Shown: positions 20,621 through 31,170 of the stretch, piece by piece
Layout: each line of letters starts with the position of its first letter
How positions within the stretch are numbered: the stretch's first letter is position 1
Assembly (NCBI GenBank): GCA_963733675.1
Contig: CAVTET010000003.1
Location: forward strand, 320,001-384,000
DNA from: an uncultured Methanosarcinaceae archaeon
GTDB lineage: Archaea > Halobacteriota > Methanosarcinia > Methanosarcinales > Methanosarcinaceae
Direction: 5' to 3'
Length of the DNA: 64,000 nt
Translations under genes and position numbers: made by a program
Notes under the pieces: model-generated
The model's database searches: none
What the model was told of the DNA's origin: nothing
The model's input: only the letters and a program-made list of their open reading frames with translations

Positions 20621-22711
20621 TTAATAAAATTTCAAGATTGTGATGACAAGCAGAATCCCCACGATAACAGGCCAGTACAGGGCTTTCATGTACATGTTGT
20701 CTTTTGTATCAATGAAGGGAATACTCCTATGTGACGCAAAAGCTATTGAATTCAAGGAAATAACCAAAATTGCAATGTACATTACAAAGTAAAAATACTC
20801 AAGATATATGATCCCACCGATGGGAATTCTAGTTCTGAGAGAAGAGTGGGCAATTATAAGAGTAAAAAGAATAGATGTACAGTAGCCCAGGACTCCATGT
20901 GAACTGAATCCAAAATGAGTTTTGCTTTCACCCTTGGTAATCATTGTAAGTATTGCAAAAAGAAGAATGAGTACTACTGCTATGAGTAGAAGATTGGAAT
21001 TAAATGTGGCTTCAAGGTTCCTTTTGACATCTACGTTGAAGTGAAATTCGGGTGCATTGGAATTTGCAAAATTCCCTAACCCAATGTTGGTATTATTAGA
21101 ATTAACTCTATAACTGAAAAAGGTCTTTTGTGGCTCCCAGCCATCAAGTACGAAAGAACGTCCCAAACCTGGAAGGCTTTCTGGAATCAAGCTATTATAG
21201 GAATCAAAGTCCGGAACCAAGACGTTTCCTGCAGAATTGTTACTCAATACTCTGATCCATACATCTTCCCTGTCAAAAGGATATTTTGAATAATCTAACT
21301 GTTGGTGCAGAGTAGTCTTAAAACGCCAGCCAATAACACCGCTTTCCTTATTCACATAAGCTTTTTCAATTATGGTTTCTTTTGAATCCGGAAAAACAAA
21401 GTCAGTAACATCCTTCCAAGTCCCTAGGCCTGAAATATTTTGCCAAATATATCCGGTTATTAAGACGTCATTAGCGTTCAAGAACTCCATTGACTGAAGA
21501 AAAAATCCGGTAGGAATCCTGTGAGTTGTAGAGCTCGTATTGACGTGTTGCAACACCGTTTCAACATCTTCCCTGTCAAAGACAACAAGGTCCCTATTCC
21601 TGCTATCAAGAGAGGAATTATTCATAGTAAGGTGCCACATAAAGCCTATTCCCAGGACACAAAGTAATGAAAAAATAACCGCTAGCATCCAGAGCCCTTT
21701 ATGGTCATGCCTGTAAATGGCTACAAAAAGCAGACACAGAGAGAATAAAAAAACAAAAGTCGCGAACACTACAAGAATAATGGAGTGAGTTTGCTCTGCT
21801 TTTCTGTTCAGCAGGGTTTCTTGCTGTGGGATGACAAACCCCAGGATCCAGTCTGTAGACGGGATATTTTGTTGAAATACCCAGTAGGATTTCCCTGTAA
21901 AGGAATTTGTCGCTAAGTAATCTTGTTTTTTTATGTTCTCATTTATGAAGTAGAGAGTGGGATCTTTTTTTGCAAGGTCGTGAATATTTTTGGTAAGATA
22001 CTCTTGGATAGGATAAGAAATAATCACCCCTTTTCCAGAGATCATGAAACCATAACCCGTATTTCCTATATTGAGGCTATTTATATACGCTCTTATTCCT
22101 TCAAGAGATTGCCTTACACTTACTACTCCTGCAGCTTTGTCCCCATTCCCGGATTCGGCAAGATAAAAAGGAGCTGAATAATCTATCTGATAATTGTGGT
22201 CTGCAATCCCAAAATAAGGTGAAATCCATACTTTTGATCCTTTTTTCAGGACATCATTGTACCATGCGGTTTGTTCACTATCCTTCGTGTAGTCATTTGT
22301 GAGCGGAGCATACAAGACTTCTGAACCGTTTCTCTTGAAATGAGGTGCATAAAGCTTCCCTGCATTTGTATCAGGAGAATATGCAACGGCAATGCTAAAA
22401 ATATGGTAATTGTTTTTCATTTCAGCCAAAAGTCGCTCTCGTAGTATGGAATCATTTTTCAATTTTCCAGAACTCAGATCCTTTGCAACCCCATCAGCAA
22501 AGGAGCTAGTAGAATTAAGTTCCATATCAATGTTTTTTATGGCATCTTCGGCTTTTTGGAGCGCATCTTCCTTTGCATCTTCCAAAATGATTTCGTTTGT
22601 CTTGCTACTTTTGTACTCATATCCGAGATGTATCAATAGCAAAAAACTAAGTAGGCAAAATAGTGATGCAATACAAACTGTTTGTTTTCTACGTTTATTC
22701 AAGTCGGTCAT
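20621..22711 (-). CDS. dCache-domain pentameric ligand-gated ion channel (Pro-loop receptor)
   Basis: N-terminal TM, dCache (WY...WISPYF...DYSAPF...GVVSV...GYGFMIS..G.IISYP), two TMs, then a beta-sandwich with the YPFD Pro-loop, KRN pre-M1 and four C-terminal TM helices. Confidence 0.8.
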   Translation of the reverse strand: MTDLNKRRKQTVCIASLFCLLSFLLLIHLGYEYKSSKTNEIILEDAKEDALQKAEDAIKNIDMELNSTSSFADGVAKDLSSGKLKNDSILRERLLAEMKNNYHIFSIAVAYSPDTNAGKLYAPHFKRNGSEVLYAPLTNDYTKDSEQTAWYNDVLKKGSKVWISPYFGIADHNYQIDYSAPFYLAESGNGDKAAGVVSVRQSLEGIRAYINSLNIGNTGYGFMISGKGVIISYPIQEYLTKNIHDLAKKDPTLYFINENIKKQDYLATNSFTGKSYWVFQQNIPSTDWILGFVIPQQETLLNRKAEQTHSIILVVFATFVFLFSLCLLFVAIYRHDHKGLWMLAVIFSLLCVLGIGFMWHLTMNNSSLDSRNRDLVVFDREDVETVLQHVNTSSTTHRIPTGFFLQSMEFLNANDVLITGYIWQNISGLGTWKDVTDFVFPDSKETIIEKAYVNKESGVIGWRFKTTLHQQLDYSKYPFDREDVWIRVLSNNSAGNVLVPDFDSYNSLIPESLPGLGRSFVLDGWEPQKTFFSYRVNSNNTNIGLGNFANSNAPEFHFNVDVKRNLEATFNSNLLLIAVVLILLFAILTMITKGESKTHFGFSSHGVLGYCTSILFTLIIAHSSLRTRIPIGGIIYLEYFYFVMYIAILVISLNSIAFASHRSIPFIDTKDNMYMKALYWPVIVGILLVITILKFY

Positions 22712-23502
22712 TTTCAGCTCTTAAGCAATCAGTACAGTTCTCAGCCAGTAGCACTTATTATCGTTGTATTCCCTTTATTTGGATTATCTATTGTTTTATT
22801 CCGTATAAATCATTTTCATTTTTATAAAATACTTTCTGTATTAATATCATGTAGATTATCAGTACTCAAGCAAATGAGGAAGCCTCTTTTGGCAGTGCGT
22901 AAACTTTTCTGTAAAATTGCAAATCTCAAGAAATTAGCGGATAGAGGATCCATGTTTAAAGAATCTAATCATATGTAGTATGCAAAAATTTGAATTTGAA
23001 TTGATATCAAATTCGTAACGCTACCCCCTTAATATATATGTTCAGAGCTAGTTTGCTGTATATAAATAATTTTTAGATTTTAGCGGCAATGATGCCCTTT
23101 CAGGAAAGCCATATCTTCCAGAAATAAATATATTTCAATCTTCAATCTTTGTATAAATTTCTTAGTGAAAGAGTGAATATTTTAAAAAATAGAAGATATA
23201 GTGAGATTTCCGAGAACCTCAAACTATTATTCTTCTGAAAGGAAAATTGGAGCGGTAATAATAATTTTTATGTCATCATCTGAAATAGTACTTCATTTCT
23301 TTCACCAAAAAGGTTGAATCCCAAAGTGTGTATATACATTGACTAACTCATCACAGGTTAAAGATAATTCTTCTTTATCAAAGCCTTCTGTTTTTCTGGA
23401 CAGATTTATCAACTCTAGGATACGATTGTTCATTCTAGACTAAAGAGCTTCTCAAAGGATGGCAAATAATTTATCCCTTAAAAAGAAATTTCCGGAATAT
23501 TT

Positions 23503-24050
23503 TCAGGTTCTCATTTTTATTCCTCCGATAACTGCTCCAAGTCCACCGAAAAAAAGGAAAAATCCAAATACCCATGGCAGAACCAGGACCCCTACTAGGG
23601 AGTTAGTTAGTAAAAGTAAGCCCAAGATTATAGTAAGCACACCAAGAATTCCCATACCCAACCCTCCTCCTTTAAGTGCCAAAGTAAATCTCACCGCACC
23701 GTTGACAAGAACTAAAACTCCTATCAAGAGAATGAGAAGGTTAAGAACTATGGAAGGACTGATGATAGGATACATAAGTATAACAACTCCTGCAATAATG
23801 CTCAAGATACCTGAAATCAGGTTCCACATCCATTTTTTTCGTAAAAATCAGCACCTCTATAACAGAAACAATTCCTTGTGCTAGCCAGAAAATGGCTAAG
23901 ATTTGTATTAGCAGAATGGTAGTTTCTATAGGCTCGTATATGAGAAATATGCCTATAATAATAGCAATAATCCCTTCCAAAAGAACCGATCACCAAGGTG
24001 GCTGCACTACTTCTAACTTTATTTTCGACTCAGTATAAATTTGTTGTTCC
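23503..24050 (-). pseudogene. HdeD/DUF308 family membrane protein, disrupted
   Basis: 23741..23980 and 23503..23829 are frameshifted halves (EGIIAIIIGIFL..P; ISGILSIIAGVVIL.YP); further stop near 23990. Confidence 0.75.
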
Positions 24051-24297
24051 AAATTAATCCTCTCCCGAACTCCTTTGATTAGTTATGCAGACATTGCTCC
24101 TACCGAGATATGAGGTATAGGCACAGATATACAAAATAAAAAAAATCCCTGAAAATTTTATAATATAATAAATAAATCAATATTTATGCAAATATATAAA
24201 TAATTAGTTCGTGTGAATATATATTCTACTTTTACGATTTATGTTACACAAATTTTATTTTAGGGAAAGTACTATGTAAAATACAGTAGGTAAATAA

Positions 24298-24853
24298 ATG
24301 ATAATTAAACCTAAATTGTATAAAATAGCCTTCGTTTCAATAGCTATGGTTTTAATGTTGATAAGTATCACAGGTGCATTCCCATTCTGTGGATGTGGGG
24401 ATCACTCCTACAATGATAAGTCGTTTAGTAATGATAATTCGTGTAATAAGGCAAGTAATTCGAATGATAAGTGTTCAGTTTTTATATGCCAAACTTGTAA
24501 TTGTCCAACTTGTACTTGCCCAACTTTTCCAGCTCCAGCTCTGAGCATAAACAAGGCAGGAAATGTATATCAAAATATCTCAATCATATACAGATACAAT
24601 CTAACTAACACAGGAAATGTGCCCCTCACAGGAATTGTGATTTATGACAACAAAACTAGCCCAACTGGAATGCCTGTAACCACAATTACTACTCTTGACC
24701 CAGATGCCAGCGTTATAGTAAATACTACATACACCGCATCAGCTGCAGATATTTTTCTGGTTCTGTGACCAATTCAGTGTATGCAACAGCATTAGGCAAT
24801 CTCACTCATATAATCTCAAACACAGTTATTGCGACACTAAAGTTAGGACCATG
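24298..24853 (+). pseudogene. Secreted Cys-rich protein with DUF11-like Ig domain, C-terminal frameshift
   Basis: Signal peptide, CQTCNCPTCTCP, then PALSINK...YRYNLTNTGNVPL; the expected GSVTNSVYATA continuation is in another frame after ~24755. Confidence 0.6.
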
Positions 24854-25542
24854 ATTGAAAAGTGATCAAGTGATTTTTATAATCAGTGATTTTTTTATAC
24901 TTCTTTTTCTTTTCTATTTTTGTTACTATCTATTTTTTGTATTCTTTGAGAATGTCATTATCAAAGTCTCTAGATAAAATTTTAATAAAAAAATTCAGTA
25001 GTTTTTTTCTGACTTCAGCTTCACTGGTAATTTTCATGAAATATTCATCTACTTAAGCTGATTTATAGATGCGATTAGATATACCTTCAGTCTGAAAAAA
25101 CTTGGATACGAGAATTCCCGTGAAACTATTCAAGGGAGTCATATAATGAAAAAATTATAGAGTTTATAGCTATAAAAATCCATTGTGACGTGCAGGACAG
25201 GCTTTTTTATCAAAAAACGCTTTATTTTATAAATAAATTATAATAACCATTTAATATGATTATTTTTTTAATATAATTATTCTTAATATATATATATACC
25301 TCTTTAATCCGAAATCACAATGGATATACACTATTTAGCAGTATCTTTTTGATATACTAAAAATGGAGTTTATCGAAACTAATGATAAGATTGAACAATA
25401 GTTTGGAGTATAGACAATTGGAAAACAAACAGGAGGGAGAATATAAATCCCAAGGAAATATATAAGATAAGGGATTTTTTGTCGAATTTCGATACTCAAT
25501 TATCATGGGGATGGTAAAAGGACATTAGAAAATTTAGAAGGC

Positions 25543-25854
25543 TTGTTATTGAATGCATTCTCTTATCTTTTCAATTTAGCAGGCTCGTTACTTATCATAT
25601 ATGGTGGCCTTCGGGCAATTGTAGAGATAGTTTTGTGTGAAGTTTTGAAGAAACCATATAGTTACCAGCAAATGAGAAAAGGGCTTACGGGCAAAATTGT
25701 CTTTGGGCTTGAGTTTTTCATTGCAGCCGATGTACTGGAGACCACAAGGCATCCCATGCAGGAAAAACTGATCATTCTTGGCACCGTCGTGTTGATAAGA
25801 ACAGTTCTTGGTTATTTCCTCAGCAAGGAAGTTTCAGAATACCAGCTGGATTAA
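25543..25854 (+). CDS. DUF1622 family membrane protein
   Basis: GLEFFIAADVLET and LGTVVLIRTVLGYFL motifs; the 5' end may be damaged. Confidence 0.8.
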   Translation: MLLNAFSYLFNLAGSLLIIYGGLRAIVEIVLCEVLKKPYSYQQMRKGLTGKIVFGLEFFIAADVLETTRHPMQEKLIILGTVVLIRTVLGYFLSKEVSEYQLD

Positions 25855-26885
25855 AATAGGGCTAAAAAGCCTGATAACATGCTTAGCACTCTGGATCTCT
25901 TGATAGTTTATATTTCTCTGCTATCTTCTGTGATCGCATCAATTATTTTAACATTAATTTTTTTTGCTAACTCTGCCCCCTTTGATACTAATTAACGAAT
26001 ATTAAACACAACTTTGAGTATCACGTGTATAGATATTTTCTAACTGGAATGTTAATTATATTAGTATGAAAAATAACATTTTAAACATTTCATAACTTAA
26101 TCATTTTCGATTTTTTTGCCAAAATTTTTTGAGTACCATTGTAAAGTCAAAATAACCGTTATCTCCACCCCCAAAGTTTCAGGAATGAAGGAGAGTTTCG
26201 AGTTGAAAGTAAATGAATTTTAAGCCAGCATTAAATAAATATTCCAGCTAATTAATATATATAGACTAATTTGGGAATTTAAATCCACGGAAAAGCCAAC
26301 AAACATGGCCTGGAGCAGGCAGTAGGAGAGGAAAATAAGTTACTGGCACGGTGCTGACCTAAGTTGGCTCCATCAAGAGGGTCGATGACTGGTTCTACCC
26401 CCCGACGACTCCGAGACGAGTTGACCTGTATCCTCACACGTGAGCGGAAAAGAAAATACACACCATGTTTTAGGCAGTAAATTCGGTGACTCATAGATAA
26501 ACCGAGAAGTTTTGGAATTGAACCCCTTGTCATTTTCTCCTGGCTACGAAATTGATCTGCCAGAAATGAAGTCACTCCAGAAGCTCACTTACTGCATATG
26601 GCGAATGTTTAAGCGCCAGAAAGCAATTTGTTTTCCTTTTACTTAGTCAGCATTTTGTTAAGAAAAAAGGCCCATTGCAGCCTGGAAAAATTAATGGTCA
26701 GGGACATTTCACGGTAAGCTATTGTGAACTCCCTTCCAGAGCCTTCCAGGCAAATCATGAAAAACGATTGATTCGAGAAAGAGAAAGAAATTGATTCAAA
26801 TAAACGATTAAAAGGGTATGACAAAGATCCCTAATTTCTTTGGGCTATTTCTGCCCCTTAAAGATATCAACTAAAGGAGTCTTAT

Positions 26886-27371
26886 ATGCGTTCGATTGTA
26901 CCAAATGATGAAGAATCGAGTGCCCTGGCATCAAATCCTGACGAGGGCATCATTGTTATGCTGAATCCGCTGAAGTTCAAGGGTGAAGAAGGAGCAGAGG
27001 CATATGATCGCTATGCTACAAGCGGCTCGAGGATTCTTGAAGCAGGTGCCACACGCACAATCTATGCTAATAAGGCGGTTGAATTGCTTGTGGGCGATAA
27101 AACATGGGATGTCATTGTGCTTGTTGAGTATCCTTCGAGCAAAGTCTTTCTGGAGATAGTGAACAGTCCAGAATATCGCAAAGCACATGTGGATCGTGAA
27201 CAAGGCATGGAGCTACTGTGTTGTATGCAACGTCACCAATGGGAGCTGGGGCACGATTCTCTGAGTAAAAGTCGTATCTTGTTCCTGTATATGCTACAAC
27301 AAGTATGGTGTTATTATCCATCACTTGCGGTACATTCACAACAAAGACGTCTCGTCAGCATACAGCTTTGA
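26886..27371 (+). CDS. DUF1330-like protein, probable C-terminal frameshift
   Basis: IVMLNPLKFK, WDVIVLVEYPS, SPEY...H..R; AGGAG RBS; the tail after ~residue 108 looks out of frame. Confidence 0.7.
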   Translation: MRSIVPNDEESSALASNPDEGIIVMLNPLKFKGEEGAEAYDRYATSGSRILEAGATRTIYANKAVELLVGDKTWDVIVLVEYPSSKVFLEIVNSPEYRKAHVDREQGMELLCCMQRHQWELGHDSLSKSRILFLYMLQQVWCYYPSLAVHSQQRRLVSIQL

Positions 27372-28033
27372 CTGGAATAAACTTTCGTTCGTTTGCACAG
27401 GGGACTGAAGACCTGATGAGCTGACTGCCAAGCTGGCGAAGGTTGAGAATATGCTTGTCACCGAGATGTTAAAGGACACGATTAATCTCTTAACTCTAAG
27501 TTAGAGCTACGTATAATCATCGACACTACTACCATCGAGCAGGGGCATACAGTCTCCATTATGCAGCAGGCTACCTTTTCAAGCAGTTATAGCCACTCAT
27601 TGCAATGATAACTCACATGCAATACGACTAACAAATGCCTACCGGAATCATTGTAGGTGTCAGAACTTATTGAGACGTATTATTCAGTTCAGCGCGGAGG
27701 ATGGCTTCGTGGTCAAGGTTACGAAGGGTGCAATCCGGACGCTCAAAGCTATACTTTCAGAATCTGCAGACCTACTTAGACTCATCTCCATGATAACGTT
27801 GAACTTGACCTTCAGGCTTCACTGTAAGTTTAACGGTAAACTCGATAGCTTGATCGTGGATGTCACTGGCGAGCTGATAGAGGGCCAGGAAGTTCAGACT
27901 GGAGTATATAAGGCATGACAATAATATAAATAGCAAGGCAGTTTTTTTATCCCAATGTTGCCTGCTTGTCAGGCCATTATTGCAAAGATCGAAAGAATAG
28001 TATTGAACATCAATCCTAGTAAAGGAAGTAAAA

Positions 28034-29359
28034 ATGGCACAAGACTATCCACCTACACGCATTCACATACTTGCAAAGCCAGTAGGATCAATTTGCAACC
28101 TTAAATGTTCCTACTGCTTTTTTCTTGACAAGGAACTGCTTTATCCCAGCAGCACGTTTCGTATGTCAGAAGAAGTGCTTGAGAACTATATCCAACAGCT
28201 TATCGCAGCTCACCGTACCCAGCAGGTAACAGTTGCCTGGCAGGGAGGTGAACCCACGCTTATGGGTATTGAATTTTATCGACGTGCCATCGAACTGCAG
28301 GAAAAGTACAAAAAGCCTGGAATGACTTTCGAAAACACTATGCAAACCAACGGTACACTCCTTGATGACAAATGGTGCCTATTTTTCAAGGAAAATTATT
28401 TTCTCGTTGGGATCAGCATCGATGGCCCGCATGAACTGCATGACTCCTATCGGGTAGACAAAAAGGGGGAGGGGACCTTCGACAAAGTTATGAGAGGGCT
28501 TCGCCTGTTGCAAAAACACAGTGTTGAATACAACGTCCTGACCACAGTTAATCGGATTAATGCTGATTACCCACTCGAAGTCTATCGCTTTATGCGGGAT
28601 GAAGTAAGTACAGACTGGATTCAGTTTATTCCAGTTGTAGAGCGAATTAATGAGGAGGGAAATACCCTTTACCAAAAAGGAGATAGAGTTTCAGATCGTT
28701 CAGTGCTGCCTGAACAGTTTGGCAATTTCCTGAACATCATTTTCGACGAGTGGATAAGAAATGATGTGGGGAAAATATTCGTGCAAACTTTTGAAGCTTC
28801 TGCACGCAGGTGGCTTAGAATGCCTTCAGGAATGTGTGTTTTTGAAGAAACGTGTGGCATAGGGCTTGCTTTGGAACACAACGGGGATCTTTACTCTTGT
28901 GATCATTTTGTTGAGCCCAACTATATGTTAGGCAATATCATGGAAAAAGAAATTATCGAGCTCGCAGGTTCGAAAAGGCAGTACAAGTTTGGACAGGATA
29001 AGCGTGATTTCCTCCCGAAGGTATGCCGTGAATGCGACGTGCTATTCGCTTGCAGAGGAGAATGTCCAAAGAACCGCTTCTTGACCACTTCTACAGGAGA
29101 ACAAGGTATGAATTATCTCTGTGATGGTTTTAAAGCTTTTTTTCATCACATTGATTTTCCGATGCAGATCCTTGCAGAGTTGATACTTCATGGTCTCCCT
29201 GCTTCGGAGGTTATGTGGATTCTGGTCATGGAAGAAGCTTTCGTTAATGCAAAACGCAATGATCCTTGCCCCTGTGGGAGTGGCAAAAAGTTCAAGAGCT
29301 GTCATAGTAAGCGGAAAGGTATGGGTCAGAAGAAAAGAAATCATATCACTGTGCAATAA
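28034..29359 (+). CDS. Anaerobic sulfatase-maturating radical SAM enzyme (SPASM) with SEC-C motif
   Basis: CNLKCSYC, WQGGEPTL, YSCDHFV, C..C.....C.GECPKNR SPASM cysteines, RNDPCPCGSGKKFKSCH. Confidence 0.93.
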   Translation: MAQDYPPTRIHILAKPVGSICNLKCSYCFFLDKELLYPSSTFRMSEEVLENYIQQLIAAHRTQQVTVAWQGGEPTLMGIEFYRRAIELQEKYKKPGMTFENTMQTNGTLLDDKWCLFFKENYFLVGISIDGPHELHDSYRVDKKGEGTFDKVMRGLRLLQKHSVEYNVLTTVNRINADYPLEVYRFMRDEVSTDWIQFIPVVERINEEGNTLYQKGDRVSDRSVLPEQFGNFLNIIFDEWIRNDVGKIFVQTFEASARRWLRMPSGMCVFEETCGIGLALEHNGDLYSCDHFVEPNYMLGNIMEKEIIELAGSKRQYKFGQDKRDFLPKVCRECDVLFACRGECPKNRFLTTSTGEQGMNYLCDGFKAFFHHIDFPMQILAELILHGLPASEVMWILVMEEAFVNAKRNDPCPCGSGKKFKSCHSKRKGMGQKKRNHITVQ

Positions 29360-29399
29360 CTGATTGATACTTAGAGGAGTTGCAATTACATTAATAGTA

Positions 29400-30080
29400 A
29401 TTCTGTCCGTGGTAAGAGTTTAGTATAAAGTACTTTTGCTGTAATCCTGACGCTGGGGATGCTGGAGCTCGCTCCTATCTTCACACCCGTTTTTCCTCCA
29501 TTTTTGCTGCCTTGATCTTTATCCCGCATATCCGCTGGCTCAAAAGAAAGGGTATTCCTGTTGGATTGAGTGTTTTTCTAGTGATTCTTTTATTTGCTTG
29601 CATTGTTGCGATTCTTAGTATTGTTGTTGTAAAAGGTACAATTCAACTTAGGAACAAGATCCCTATCTACCGAACTAATTAGTAGGGTTCACAGATACTC
29701 TTACACATTAGTTTCCTCCACAAGAAGAGATACTCCCTTGAATTCAATTTTACGCAGTATTACCTCAATCATGATCTTTCTTATGAGAAATAGTAGTGGA
29801 CTTGTGAATACTGGTACAACAGCTATAATTATCATATTTACGACAGCGTTTTTGTTAATAGATGTCTTCAATGATCATGAAAAAAAATTCGACACTTGAA
29901 AAACAATCCGAACTCCAAATGAGGATGAGTAAATTGGGCAAAAATCTGGTAGGTTTTTTGGCTATAAGAGCAGAAACAAACCTTATCACAGCCGTTGGAA
30001 TTACCTTCGTTCTCCTTATAGGAGGCATTGACGTTGCGATTCTCTGGGGCGTCCTTATATATCTCCTACATTGGAATTGA
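29400..30080 (+). pseudogene. AI-2E family transporter remnant
   Basis: Fragments such as P.IRWLKRKGIP and AETNLITAVG...GIDVAILWGVL with several stops and frameshifts. Confidence 0.65.
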
Positions 30081-30151
30081 TTGATCCACCAGATATAGTG
30101 GGAAATGAAAAATAGCTTAGAGCGGTAGGAATAAATTGCACTTTTTTCAGC

Positions 30152-30604
30152 TTATGATGTAATGATTTTTGGTGGTAATATTACCGTTTTAAGCCAAAAG
30201 TTTTCTATGGATCCAATTGCTTTCGTGAATTCGTCAAAGTCAATAGGTTTAACGATATAGGCATTGGCACTAAGTTCATAAGCTTTGGATATGTCCTTTT
30301 CAGCGCTGGAAGTAGTTAAAATGATTACAGGTATGGTTTTAAGGTTACTATTATCTTTTATTTCTTTAAGAACTTCATGTCCATCTTTTTTTGGTAAATT
30401 CCAATCCAAAATAATTATATCTGGACGCTGAGAACCTAAAAACGGATTTTCACCCAATAAAAAACGGATTGCTTCTTCTCCATCTTCTGTAACATGAAAA
30501 CTAATTCTAATTTTTGCATCTTCGAAGAATTCTGTTATTAATCCAACGTCTCCTTTGTTGTCTTCAACTAAAAGAATTTCAAAAGGCTTATCTGACATTT
30601 TCAT
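30152..30604 (-). CDS. Single-domain response regulator (Rcp1-like)
   Basis: ILLVEDN, PDIIILDWNLP, ILTTS, ANAYIVKP. Confidence 0.93.
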   Translation of the reverse strand: MKMSDKPFEILLVEDNKGDVGLITEFFEDAKIRISFHVTEDGEEAIRFLLGENPFLGSQRPDIIILDWNLPKKDGHEVLKEIKDNSNLKTIPVIILTTSSAEKDISKAYELSANAYIVKPIDFDEFTKAIGSIENFWLKTVILPPKIITS

Positions 30605-31048
30605 TTACCAAAGCTCCATAATAAAACTGGGAAAAGTTTATTGAGAGATCGGCTTGAAAGGGCTAGCATCAATAGTCATCTGTTTTGAAATTTGATGATC
30701 AAGATTTTAGGACGTTGCTATTAATTGTGAAGTATCTTATTTGGATCCCTTTCAGTTTTACCTATAGCGAAAGACGCATATTTAATATTTCACGACCCAA
30801 AATTGTTGGCGATTATTTAACAAAGAATTTTTATTTGATATACTTAAATATATCTAAATATTATCTTTAAATAATTATCATGGAATCTTAAATAACTAAT
30901 TGGATCCAAAATCACCAAAGGTCAAACTTGAATAAAAAACTTGCTACAAAATCGGGCTGATGCAGTTCTGAATTCAGTGATATATATAAATTCAAAATGA
31001 TTAAATGGTGAGTTTCAACTGTGTACATCTGCAAAATGTTTATTTCAG

Positions 31049-31095
31049 TCGAATACCCCGCAGCTTGCTGCGGGGTGCGCCAGCGCAACTTTGAT
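31049..31095. repeat. GC-rich palindrome resembling an IS200-type end / REP-like element
   Basis: ACCCCGCAGC-TT-GCTGCGGGGT (31055-31076) followed by GCGCCAGCGC, in a very AT-rich intergenic region downstream of feoB. Confidence 0.55.
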
Positions 31096-31170
31096 TGAAA
31101 TCCTCTATAGTAGATGAAATGTACATTATGTTGGCTAAATAATCACCAATCTCAACCAAGATTTTACTGC

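Noticed and set aside
26279-27918. Short ORFs at 26279-26824 and 27670-27918, also 57267-57473
   Set aside because: GC content suggests decayed coding DNA, but no family can be recognised by eye.
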